DNA of 32,000 nt from Telmatocola sphagniphila (GTDB lineage: Bacteria; Planctomycetota; Planctomycetia; Gemmatales; Gemmataceae), in the NCBI RefSeq assembly GCF_018398935.1, contig NZ_CP074694.1, forward strand, positions 2,520,001 through 2,552,000. Direction: 5' to 3'. The notes below the pieces were generated by a model, which saw only the letters and a list, made by a program, of their open reading frames with translations, was not told the origin of the DNA and ran no database searches. The position numbers were made by a program, and so were the translations under genes. Positions 15,241 through 23,803 of the stretch are shown piece by piece. The first letter of the stretch is position 1. Each line of letters begins with the position of its first letter.

Positions 15241-15696
15241 TCAGCTCGAAGAAGTTTTAGCTTCAAACGACGCGATTTTATCGATCCGGCGCAAATGACG
15301 GCCCTGTTCAAACTCGGTGGACAGGAAGATGCTGAGAATTCGTTCGGCACCGTCTTCCCCTAGCAAATCGGCGGACAGGCAGATGACGTTGGCGTCGTTA
15401 TGGCGCCGGCAGAGCTCGGCCGTTATCGGATCGTGACAGCAGGCCGCCCGGACATTAAACACTTTATTAGCCGCGATGCACATGCCGACACCCGTGCCGC
15501 AGATCAAAATTCCGCGGTCGTATTCGCCCTTACTGACGCCCTCGGCTACCACGAAGGCGTAATCCGGATAATCTACGCTGACATCGGGCGTGTTCGCGCC
15601 CAGATCGCTGATCTGGTGTCCCTGATCTCGAAGCCAGTTGAGAAGGCGCTGCTTCATGGCAACGCCACGGTGATCATTGGCCAAAGCAATTTTCAT
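15241..15696 (-). CDS. rpiB: Ribose-5-phosphate isomerase B (RpiB/LacA/LacB family)
   Basis: MKIALANDHRG...ILICGTGVGMCIAANKVFNVRAACCHD...RRHNDANVICLSADLLG is a characteristic RpiB sequence. Confidence 0.9.
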   Translation of the reverse strand: MKIALANDHRGVAMKQRLLNWLRDQGHQISDLGANTPDVSVDYPDYAFVVAEGVSKGEYDRGILICGTGVGMCIAANKVFNVRAACCHDPITAELCRRHNDANVICLSADLLGEDGAERILSIFLSTEFEQGRHLRRIDKIASFEAKTSSS

Positions 15697-15881
15697 AAAA
15701 TTAATTTAGCTGTCAATTTAGTATCAGACAAGCAACAAATAGACGGTAATCTCGTTCTGGGAGTCGACTTCCCAGGCAAAAGTGAACCGTCCAACGGCCT
15801 TCGAGTCCATGGAAGCTATTCTGTGATGTTGAGCAGATTATTGCCACGCGGTGCGATAAAGGCGAATTCAATTCTCGCGAT

Positions 15882-16454
15882 TTAGAGTTTCAGGAAGTTC
15901 TTGAGGATCACCGGGCCTTCCACCGTAAGGAAACTCTCCGGATGGAACTGAACACCATGCAAGGGCCAGGTTTTATGCCGGACCCCCATAATTTCTCCTT
16001 CGGCTGTCCAAGCTCCTATCTCGAAATCGGGATTGTGGAATGTTTCTTTTTTAATCACCAGACTGTGATACCGGGTCGCGTCAAACGGATTCGATAAACC
16101 CGCAAAGAGCCCTTTGCCGTCGTGGTGAATCGGTGACACTTTCCCATGCATGATGCGAACATTGCGCACCACTTCGCCACCGAAGGTATGCCCGATGCAC
16201 TGATGCCCCAGGCAGACGCCGAAAATGGGAATCCGGGCCGCGAAATTCTGCAGCACCTGATTCGAGATTCCCGCTTCTTTGGGTGTACAGGGTCCGGGAG
16301 AAATAATGATGTGGCTGGGCTTGAGTTCCTCAATTTTTTCGAGAGTAATCTTATCGTTCCGGTAGACCTGCATGTCCAGATTCGGGTCGATCTCGCCGAA
16401 CCGCTGAACGAGGTTGTACGTAAAAGAGTCGTAATTATCGATGAGAAGAATCAT
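15882..16454 (-). CDS. trpG: Anthranilate / aminodeoxychorismate synthase component II (class-I glutamine amidotransferase, TrpG/PabA)
   Basis: MILLIDNYDSFTYNLVQ, the nucleophile elbow GVCLGHQ, and VQFHPES. TrpG and PabA cannot be distinguished from sequence alone. Confidence 0.9.
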   Translation of the reverse strand: MILLIDNYDSFTYNLVQRFGEIDPNLDMQVYRNDKITLEKIEELKPSHIIISPGPCTPKEAGISNQVLQNFAARIPIFGVCLGHQCIGHTFGGEVVRNVRIMHGKVSPIHHDGKGLFAGLSNPFDATRYHSLVIKKETFHNPDFEIGAWTAEGEIMGVRHKTWPLHGVQFHPESFLTVEGPVILKNFLKL

Positions 16455-16526
16455 TTTGAAATTCTAGTGGGCAAGAATGGACCGGATCCAATGGATTCTG
16501 TCAAATTCCAGTAAATGGCTTGCAAA

Positions 16527-16811
16527 TCAGGATTGCCGAGCGGGCTTAGCCTGGGCACTGTTAGCCGTCGAATCATATTTCCCGTTCGCTTCCTCGGGGG
16601 AAAGGATTTTAAGTACACTCTCCGTTGCGGGTAAGTCGTACCAGGCCCCATCGGCGAAATCGACTAGGGCTCTGCCTCCACAATTCACGGTAATTACCCG
16701 CCCTGTCAACCCCGCGAATCGGCTGAGTTCCCCGATCGGTTCGATGACCGTGACGAATTGATCGGTCCATTTTTTCTTCAGAGCGATTTCCGTATCCGTG
16801 ATGTAGTTCAT
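16527..16811 (-). CDS. Small conserved-looking hypothetical protein (94 aa)
   Basis: The ORF is packed between the isomerase gene (6-bp gap) and trpG (72-bp gap) on the same strand. I recognise no domain. Confidence 0.5.
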   Translation of the reverse strand: MNYITDTEIALKKKWTDQFVTVIEPIGELSRFAGLTGRVITVNCGGRALVDFADGAWYDLPATESVLKILSPEEANGKYDSTANSAQAKPARQS

Positions 16812-16817
16812 GGAAGC

Positions 16818-17780
16818 TCACCCCAGGATATCGAACGATTTCAGGAACTGGCAAGCGTCCTGAGCCCCCGATTCACGGGGTATGCCTCGATCGTGATAAT
16901 CGACTGCGATTGCCCCTGTGTATTTCATTGTATTCAACTCTCGAAACAAGCTTTCCCAGTCGATACTGCCATGACCGGGAGAGCGAAACTGAAAGCCGCG
17001 TCGGGGATCACCGCTCGGAAGATAACTGTTGAGAATCCCGGCTCGCCCGTTCAGCGTCAAAATCGCGTCCTTGGCATGGACGTGGTAGATGCGTGTGGGG
17101 AAAGCTCGCAGAAATTCCAAGGGCTCGACTCCCTGCCAGTGCAGATGGCTGGGATCGAAGGTGAAACCGAATTCCTCGCTCCCATGCACGGCATCCAGAA
17201 CCATTTCCGCCGAGTAAAGATCGAACGCCATCTGCCCGGGATGCACTTCGAAGGCGAATTTGACCCCGGTTTCCCGGCAGGCTTCGAGTATTGGACGAAA
17301 GTTCTTGCCAAAATCCTTGAAGGCCTGGCTGATGAGCTTTTCGGGAGCAGCGGGGTAACCTGCAACGTAAGACCAAATCGGCGAACCGGTGAAACCCGAG
17401 ACGACGGCCACACCGAGCTTTTGAGCCAGATGAATTGTGGCGACCATTTCCTCGATGGCTCGTTTTCGAACACCTTCCGGCTTACCATCGCCCCAGATAA
17501 CCTCGGGCAGCAAAGCTTTATGGCGTTCGTCGATCAAATCGCAGATCGCCTGACTGACTTTGTGATTGCTGACTACGCCGATTCGCAGATCATAACGGCT
17601 CAGGGTTTCTCGAATTTGCGATAGGTAGCTGGAGTCGCTGGAGGCCCGGCCCACATCAATAAATCCGGGATAGCAGGTCAATTCAAATCCGGCATATCCC
17701 CATTGGCTGGCTTTGGCCGAGAGCTCTTCCAGAGCGAGATCGGTCCAGCCGTTCGTGAACAGTAGAATTTGTTGAGGCAT
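16818..17780 (-). CDS. Sugar phosphate isomerase/epimerase (xylose isomerase-like TIM barrel)
   Basis: Family pattern: GYAGFEL..., FAFEVHPGQMAFD, IYHVHAKDA. The start is set at MPQQILLFTNGW (complement of 17778-17780) rather than the longer track ORF that extends to 17831. Confidence 0.8.
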   Translation of the reverse strand: MPQQILLFTNGWTDLALEELSAKASQWGYAGFELTCYPGFIDVGRASSDSSYLSQIRETLSRYDLRIGVVSNHKVSQAICDLIDERHKALLPEVIWGDGKPEGVRKRAIEEMVATIHLAQKLGVAVVSGFTGSPIWSYVAGYPAAPEKLISQAFKDFGKNFRPILEACRETGVKFAFEVHPGQMAFDLYSAEMVLDAVHGSEEFGFTFDPSHLHWQGVEPLEFLRAFPTRIYHVHAKDAILTLNGRAGILNSYLPSGDPRRGFQFRSPGHGSIDWESLFRELNTMKYTGAIAVDYHDRGIPRESGAQDACQFLKSFDILG

Positions 17781-17874
17781 GCTCGACGCTCGCCACTCCG
17801 TGGCTCGTGAGGATCTGAAAACTCGGTCCACAAATGACAGAGATCGGCTGATTCGCCGATCTCCGCAAGTTCAA

Positions 17875-19518
17875 TTAAACACTCGGCTTAGGATCTGTCG
17901 AACTGGTTGGCGGCGGATCGATCGGCTTAATATCGCTCGGCGGCACGGCTCGCAAGGTCGGCGGATCGACCATCTGAACCACCGGAGCCGAATTCACGGC
18001 TTCGGGAGCCGGAGTCGGAGAAGGAGGAGGCACCTTAGCCCCTTGCGGTTCGAAATCGGCATCGTCGATGTGGATTTCATCGATCTCCGTTTCATCGACC
18101 TTCTTCCGCATCAGCAGGTAAATCATTGAACTGGCCGTCCAGAAGTAACTGTAGCTGAAACCGAGCATGAGCATGAAGACGGCGGTCAACCAGAAGGAAA
18201 CCATTCCAGCGCCGGCAATGTTGTACCAGGTGTATTCCTTCAGATATTCTTCCGCGGCAGTCTTGTGAACGTAGACATCGTTGTAAGTTTCCAACGGGGT
18301 TCCTTCGAGCAGCAACTGCCGCCAGCCGAAAGATGTCGGAGCGTAAGTGTACAGATACTGCGGTTCGCGATTGGTAGTCTGAGTCAGGATTGTCTGGCTC
18401 ACCCCCCAGTTAGCGAGATATACAGTCAAAGAAGTAACCACAACCACGAAGAATACCAGCACTGCCCCGTAGAGAATCGAAATGATGGAGTACCAGAGGT
18501 AGCTCCAGGGCGATTCATAAACGTAGTTGTAGGACCGACTGAGCGCATCGAAGGTGTCGCTTCCTTCGGCACTCAGAGTCGTGTACATCAGCGGGTACCC
18601 AACAAGGCCCAACACAATCAGGGCCATGATGAAGCCGGCGCCGAGGGGAATCAACCATCCCAGGCCATCGATCAGAATATCGCCGATGCCCGGAATCAAA
18701 TGGAACAGGCCGAAGACCATGCAACCAATGACAATGGCGAACAGGCCGGCGATGGGAACCACCGGAGAGCTCACATAAGAAATATAGTGTTTGCGAACGA
18801 AATCGATGGCGCCTCTCAATCCACCAGTTTCCTTCCCGGCGAGCGTGCTAATGGCCATTCGGGTGATAATTCCGCCGAAGAAAGCCCAGATGGCCAGTTC
18901 AACCAAAAGCAGCACGACCAGGTAGAGCCGAGTCCAGGTATTGGCCTGGGCGTCGAATAGATAGCTCACCGGGGTCAAAAACTTCAAGAGCGGTTCGACT
19001 AGTACGAAAACCTGTCCCTGAAGGAATCGGCCGATGGTTTCGTTGCGCTCATTCGGGCTGCCGGTGACGGTATTCTTCAGCATGGAGACCGGATTGGGTC
19101 CGCGATCCTCGAACCAGGGCATGATTCGGTATTTACCGCCTTTGATTGTGTGCTTGACTCCATCTACCGTTTCGTATTCTTCGATAGCTGTGGAACCAGC
19201 CAGTTTGTACTGCAGTTTCCAGGAGTTTAGCCGACGAGAGTAGTCGTCGTTACGCTTCTTAATCGCTTCCTCATCGGTCACGCCGTCCTTCTGATAGGAC
19301 TTCGGATCGAAATCGGTGAGTTTCGGCTTGGCTACAAAGAAGAAGTTGTTGAAGAACAACGAAATGATTAACCAAGCCAGGGCGGTGGTTAAAATACCGA
19401 CTGCGGCAACAATCAGTTTAAAAGGATCGAGTGCGACGAGAAAAGTTCTAAACAAGCGGAGCCACGGAAATGTCTTGAGCCAATCGATTTCACGGGTCGC
19501 CAAGCGCTCGTCGGCCAT
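17875..19518 (-). CDS. Polytopic membrane protein of unknown function with an acidic then proline-rich C-terminal tail
   Basis: This 547-aa ORF has many hydrophobic helices. The C-terminus reads DETEIDEIHIDDADFEPQGAKVPPPSPTPAPE...DPPPTSSTDPKPSV. I recognise no catalytic motif. Confidence 0.75.
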   Translation of the reverse strand: MADERLATREIDWLKTFPWLRLFRTFLVALDPFKLIVAAVGILTTALAWLIISLFFNNFFFVAKPKLTDFDPKSYQKDGVTDEEAIKKRNDDYSRRLNSWKLQYKLAGSTAIEEYETVDGVKHTIKGGKYRIMPWFEDRGPNPVSMLKNTVTGSPNERNETIGRFLQGQVFVLVEPLLKFLTPVSYLFDAQANTWTRLYLVVLLLVELAIWAFFGGIITRMAISTLAGKETGGLRGAIDFVRKHYISYVSSPVVPIAGLFAIVIGCMVFGLFHLIPGIGDILIDGLGWLIPLGAGFIMALIVLGLVGYPLMYTTLSAEGSDTFDALSRSYNYVYESPWSYLWYSIISILYGAVLVFFVVVVTSLTVYLANWGVSQTILTQTTNREPQYLYTYAPTSFGWRQLLLEGTPLETYNDVYVHKTAAEEYLKEYTWYNIAGAGMVSFWLTAVFMLMLGFSYSYFWTASSMIYLLMRKKVDETEIDEIHIDDADFEPQGAKVPPPSPTPAPEAVNSAPVVQMVDPPTLRAVPPSDIKPIDPPPTSSTDPKPSV

Positions 19519-19633
19519 GCGTTTTTCCTCAGGTGTCGGACTTGCGGACTTCTTCGAGTAAGGATTCGTCGGGATATTAAGGTGAGATTATAGTCCGGCC
19601 CGCAAACGTGGCAATCACCCTTTGAAATGAAGA

Positions 19634-19671
19634 TTGGCCGTAGATCTCGACGGAGCGAAATCCACGGCCAA
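19634..19671 (-). terminator. Hairpin terminator candidate downstream of the porin-like gene
   Basis: The minus strand reads TTGGCCGTGGATTTCG-CTCCGT-CGAGATCTACGGCCAA, with stem segments of 8 and 7 bp, followed by a T-rich tract (tcttcatttc). It lies 30 bp after the stop codon. Confidence 0.45.
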
Positions 19672-19700
19672 TATGCGTTTAGGGGATTGTTCCAAGGAAA

Positions 19701-20927
19701 CTAGAAAGAAATACCCACGCCGATTTCGATACCTTGTGTCATCCGGAAGGCTTTGTGGGTGTATCCGGGTTCGATGTCCCCGAAGTTCCAGCCGATCGGA
19801 TCGGTCATCTGATAGGTATTGAAGTACATCAGAGCGTTATAGCTCGCCCGGACGGATACCCCTTTGATGGGATACCACCAGAAGCTGGGCTTGAGCCCGA
19901 CGTTAGGTACCACGCTGTACTGATCGAACTTGTTCTTGCTCTGCGTGCCGGATGCCCGGTCTTCCCTCTCGTAGTCGGCGGAAGCCCGTGCGAAGTCGAG
20001 CATCAAAGCCGCCGTGGCATCCAACGACAGAGCGAAGTTATTCCCCAGATAGACTTCGTTGCCGCAACCCAAGAAGGCACCGAACATTCGCTGCTTCAAG
20101 GTGTTATTGTAATTAGCGGCATCCGTACCATCGGAGTTCCCGTTCACGTCGGTGGCAACTGTGAACCAGTTAAACCGTTCCGAAATCTGTGAATATCGGA
20201 AACCCATCAGAGCATAGGTCCGCGAATAGTCCGTTTCCATTACAGGAGCGCGACCGGTGATATCCAGGTTCGAAAAGTGCTGGATGAAACTGATCGTTTC
20301 ATACGTCGCCCCGTTCCAGATACCGTAAAGCCGCCCCGTGATGGGAAACGGCGAGAACTCTTGAGAAAACTGATCGTCGAAGGTTCGGATCTTCGGACCA
20401 CTGTAATAGTTCGTGAAGTTGTAAACGCCTGAGTACAGGTAGGTATTCTGGTTCAGGTTTCCCGGATTGGAAATATTCCCAGGACCGCTTGCCCCCGCCG
20501 TGTACTTGGCGTCCACCAGATCCATATAACTCAGCGAAATGGCAAATCCACTTTCGAACTTATAACCCAAGGTAATTTCGTACCCGGGTTGATAGGTCGA
20601 ACGGCCCAGTTGTCCGGTGGTCAGTGCGATCGCCCCACTGCCGACGAAGGTCCCAGGTGTTCCCGAGAAAGCACCGATGCTATCTCGGAAGCCATAAACC
20701 GCCACGACCTGATTTCCCAGCGGCCTCGTCTGGGACATGAAAGCCACTTCGATGGCTCCGTAGAAGCCTCCCGAACTCGCTTTATCCGGACCGATCGGTA
20801 ACGGCACTGGATTCGCCGGTATCCCCGAAAAGTCGTAATTATTCGTTTGCTGCGCTTTCGACGAAGTAACGCCCACGAAAAGGACGCTAGCCAGGACGAG
20901 AGCCTTGCTCATCCAACGGTATCGCAT
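19701..20927 (-). CDS. Outer-membrane beta-barrel (porin-like) protein
   Basis: The signal peptide is MSKALVLASVLFVGVTSSKAQQ. The body is aromatic/Gly-rich with an alternating pattern, and the C-terminus ends ...GIEIGVGISF (terminal Phe, the typical OMP beta-signal). It may belong to planctomycetal porin families such as BBP7, but that is unverified. The start is 20927 or 20912. Confidence 0.7.
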   Translation of the reverse strand: MRYRWMSKALVLASVLFVGVTSSKAQQTNNYDFSGIPANPVPLPIGPDKASSGGFYGAIEVAFMSQTRPLGNQVVAVYGFRDSIGAFSGTPGTFVGSGAIALTTGQLGRSTYQPGYEITLGYKFESGFAISLSYMDLVDAKYTAGASGPGNISNPGNLNQNTYLYSGVYNFTNYYSGPKIRTFDDQFSQEFSPFPITGRLYGIWNGATYETISFIQHFSNLDITGRAPVMETDYSRTYALMGFRYSQISERFNWFTVATDVNGNSDGTDAANYNNTLKQRMFGAFLGCGNEVYLGNNFALSLDATAALMLDFARASADYEREDRASGTQSKNKFDQYSVVPNVGLKPSFWWYPIKGVSVRASYNALMYFNTYQMTDPIGWNFGDIEPGYTHKAFRMTQGIEIGVGISF

Positions 20928-21291
20928 AAGCCATAACCCCCTTACAAACTGCCGGAAAATCAGCGACTCGCAATCCCCCTGATCGAGTCGTCTGCTGCAC
21001 CGACAGATGGCTATTTCAACCGGTATGCGCATTTGTGGAATGCACGCACCGGGAAATCAATGCCCGCGTTACATAACTCTATTCGGTATTCCGTCAACGC
21101 CAGATTTGCCAAAAATGCGGGCTCCGGTGGCAAATACTCATTTTTTTTCGACGGATTTCTTAAAGATGGGTAGGATAACCTTTGCGAGTCAAGAATTGGG
21201 TTTTGAGTGATTTGCCTGAAAGTAGGATTTTTTACAAATGAACTGGCCCCATGGTGAGTTTTATCATTGACGAATGAGTGCGTAGCGTTCA

Positions 21292-21300
21292 TGCTATAAT
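21292..21300 (+). promoter_or_regulatory. Extended -10 promoter candidate (TGCTATAAT) for the first glycine-rich gene
   Basis: TGnTATAAT at 21292-21300 lies 37 bp upstream of ATG 21337. An AGGAG RBS is at 21326-21330. Confidence 0.35.
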
Positions 21301-21336
21301 CACCGTACAGAGTTTTGACTTACACAGGAGTCCTTG

Positions 21337-22167
21337 ATGCCATTTTCGTGCCGGTATTGCCTACTTTGCTCCGTAGTTGCTCTCGGGGCCGTTTCCATCG
21401 TTCCTATGACCTTGATGAAAGCTCAAAGTTATGGGCCGAATGTCTCGATCACCCGCCCCCGGCCGAACCTCCCCATCAGTCTCTTACCCCCGGCTCCCTC
21501 ATTCGCCCCACCCAGCCGACAACTAAATCCCGTAAATACTTTGTTCGGTAGCACCAGCGGTGGTACCAGCGGTACCAGCGGCACGACGGGTACGAGTGGA
21601 ACTAGCGGTAATAACAACGGCACCTCAGGTACCAGTGGCAGTTTCAGCGGGAACAATGGGGGCAATAACGGTACCAGTGGGGGTATCAGCGGTAGCATCA
21701 GTGGGGGCAATTCCGGTAGCATTAGTGGAGGCGTCTCGGGTGGCGTCAGCGGTGGAGTTAGTGGCGGCATTGGCGGTGGTGGTTCCACATCCGGCGGCGG
21801 CGGCTTGAGCGCGTTCGGCTTCGGTTCCCAGGGGGGTTACAATCTCCCCCAGGGCGGCGTGACTCCTCCCGGTGTTATGCCCAACACCATGATCGGCTAC
21901 ATCGGTGGCTCAGGCGGCGGTAACTTCGGTGGCGGCTTCCAGGGCTTCTCCGGAACCTCGGGTACCCAAGGCGGCGGTATCCAGGGGGTACAGGGACAAG
22001 GGGGCGGCATTCAAGGAGGCCAAGGGGGATTTGGTGGTGGAATCGGCGGAGGTATTGGTGGTGGAATCGGCGGAGGTATTGGTGGTGGGATCGGCGGAGG
22101 TATCGGTGGCATCGGTGGTGGGATCGGCGGCGGCAAAATCGGATTCGCCGGCACAATGGGTCAATAA
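21337..22167 (+). CDS. Secreted glycine-rich repeat protein, paralog 1
   Basis: Domain order along the protein:
- Signal peptide (MPFSCRYCLLCSVVALGAVSIVPMTLMKAQS).
- Conserved Pro/Arg N-box (RPRPNLPISLLPPAPSFAPPSRQLNPVNTLFG).
- Gly/Ser/Thr/Asn repeats.
- Conserved core (GGLSAFGFGSQGGYNLPQGGVTPPGVMPNTMIGYIGGSGGGNFGGGFQGFSGTSGTQGGGIQGVQG).
- (GGGI)n repeats, ending GGGKIGFAGTMGQ.
A terminator follows the gene. Confidence 0.8.
   Translation: MPFSCRYCLLCSVVALGAVSIVPMTLMKAQSYGPNVSITRPRPNLPISLLPPAPSFAPPSRQLNPVNTLFGSTSGGTSGTSGTTGTSGTSGNNNGTSGTSGSFSGNNGGNNGTSGGISGSISGGNSGSISGGVSGGVSGGVSGGIGGGGSTSGGGGLSAFGFGSQGGYNLPQGGVTPPGVMPNTMIGYIGGSGGGNFGGGFQGFSGTSGTQGGGIQGVQGQGGGIQGGQGGFGGGIGGGIGGGIGGGIGGGIGGGIGGIGGGIGGGKIGFAGTMGQ
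22033..22104 (+). repeat. 24-bp tandem repeat x3 (GGTGGTGGAATCGGCGGAGGTATT) encoding GGGIGGGI
   Basis: Units 22033-22056 and 22057-22080 are identical. Unit 22081-22104 differs at 2 positions. Confidence 0.9.
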
Positions 22168-22207
22168 ACCTGTTTTCGCAGCCTCTACAATCTAAAGTTC
22201 AACCCAA

Positions 22208-22232
22208 CGAGCCGGTTTCGGCTCGTTTTTTT
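22208..22232 (+). terminator. Rho-independent terminator after glycine-rich paralog 1
   Basis: CGAGCCG-GTTT-CGGCTCG followed by TTTTTTT. Confidence 0.75.
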
Positions 22233-22629
22233 GCGCACCCATTCAACAGCGAAGCTCGCATTTTATTTGCCGCTGCCCACTTCAGCTAGGAATCGAAAGA
22301 TATAAACCGCTCCACCCTGGTGCGACCGCGTCATTCTAAGACAGCATTTATCTTTACAAGGCTCATTCTGATCACGCAAACGCATCAGTCGAACCCCTAA
22401 CATGTGGGTCCATTTTCAACCGAAATGCTGTGAATTCGGCTACTCGCACCCTAGGCTCCACCCTTTTTCGGCAAAAAACAATTCTGCTGTAAGATCGGTC
22501 ATGATAAATTGAATTTTAAGATAATTGGTTTTTCTTAAAACCAAATCAAATTTTGGGGCGTTTATTTATTGGAAACTCGCCCTTGCTCTTTTACGAAACC
22601 ACCTGGGAAATCGAACAGGAAATCCAACC

Positions 22630-23391
22630 ATGCGAAAAATTCTGGTTTACTCGTTGCTTCTTTTGGGCTTAGCCAGCCTCTACCCCATGACTTACATGGC
22701 CGCCCAGGGCAATTTTGGGCCCCCCGTCACGGTCACTCGACCCCGACCGAATGTTCCCATTAACCTCCTGCCGCCCCGACCAACCGCGCCGCCCCCTTCC
22801 CGACCGCTGAACCCAGTGAATACTCTTTTCGGCAACAGCACTGGCACCTCGGGCAACAGCAATACGGGAAATAGCGGTAGCACCTCGGGCGGCGTCAGTG
22901 GGGGCATTTCGGGGGGCATTAGTGGAGGGATCAGTGGGGGAATTAGCGGAGGGATCAGCGGCGGCATTTCCGGGGGGATCAGCGGAAGCATCAGTGGTGG
23001 TATTTCCGGGGGAATTAGTGGAGGCATCGGCGGATCTACCGGCGGAACTTCTGGGGGCCTCAGCGCTTTCGGCTTCGGAGTCCAAGGCGGCTATAACCTC
23101 CCCTCCGGAAGCCTGACTCCGCCGGGAGTGATGCCAAACACTATGATCGGCTACATCGGCGGAGCCGGGGGAGGCAACTTTGGTGGGGGCTTCCAGGGTT
23201 TCTCGGGAACCTCGGGCATTCAAGGCGGCGGGGTCCAGGGAGTTCAGGGATTTAGCGGCGGTGGGATTAGTGGAGGAATCGGCGGTGTTGGTGGAGGGGC
23301 CGGATCCGTCGGGGGTTTTGGAGCCATCGGTGGTGTGGGAGGCGGTATTGGCGGCGGAAAAGTGGGATTTGCCGGAACGATGGGCAATTAG
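22630..23391 (+). CDS. Secreted glycine-rich repeat protein, paralog 2
   Basis: The start is set at MRKILVYSLLLLGLASLYPMTYMAAQG; the track ORF begins earlier, at 22525. The architecture matches paralog 1, with 12 consecutive SGG(I/V) tetrapeptides. Confidence 0.8.
   Translation: MRKILVYSLLLLGLASLYPMTYMAAQGNFGPPVTVTRPRPNVPINLLPPRPTAPPPSRPLNPVNTLFGNSTGTSGNSNTGNSGSTSGGVSGGISGGISGGISGGISGGISGGISGGISGSISGGISGGISGGIGGSTGGTSGGLSAFGFGVQGGYNLPSGSLTPPGVMPNTMIGYIGGAGGGNFGGGFQGFSGTSGIQGGGVQGVQGFSGGGISGGIGGVGGGAGSVGGFGAIGGVGGGIGGGKVGFAGTMGN
22885..23028 (+). repeat. Protein-level tandem repeat: 12 x S-G-G/S-I/V tetrapeptide encoded by heterogeneous codons
   Basis: Codon-by-codon reading gives Ser = tcg, agt, tcg, agt, agt, agc, agc, tcc, agc, agt, tcc, agt. 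Gly uses ggc, ggg, gga and ggt. Ile uses att and atc. Confidence 0.9.
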
Positions 23392-23803
23392 TGATCCCTA
23401 TACCGTCTTGGGAGCAAAACCTTTCATCAGGTATTGCTCCCAATTCATCTTCTTCAGCGCGACAAACTTTTACTCAACGGCGCTTCGCACACATTTCCCT
23501 ACAATAATTATCAGGACAGAAATAGAATTCAACAATTTAAAATTAAGTAATCTTAAACTATTTCTCGGCCAAATTAAGTACCATTCATCTTTTTCCGTTC
23601 TAGAAAAAAATCGATTATTCCTCGACAATTCCGCCCAAAACGCGCAAATCCAAAAATTCGATAGCTCACATTTACTAATGAATTAAAATTTGACAGATTT
23701 TGAAAAATCCGCAATCATATTGTCCTGACTTTACGTTATTATAAAGTACTGACAGCAATTTTCGTAATCCCATTAGATGCTTATTCAGATTCGTGGAGGA
23801 AGC

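Noticed and set aside
16758-17624. 288-aa + strand ORF antisense to the sugar-phosphate isomerase gene, plus minus-strand shadow ORFs 17008..17376 and 17057..17488
   Set aside because: The 16818..17780 minus frame carries recognisable xylose-isomerase-like TIM-barrel motifs. The others have skewed Arg/Ser/Pro-rich composition typical of off-frame translation of moderately GC-rich DNA.
18265-18960. 231-aa + strand ORF antisense to the 547-aa membrane protein gene
   Set aside because: Its composition is low-complexity and His/Gln/Asn/Gly-rich with no start context. The opposite strand encodes coherent transmembrane helices along the full length.
22885-23030. Short regularly spaced DNA repeats that could be mistaken for a CRISPR array or a minisatellite
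   Set aside because: The periodicity is 12 bp with no unique spacers. It lies inside a well-supported CDS and corresponds to a tetrapeptide repeat. No cas genes or leader are present.
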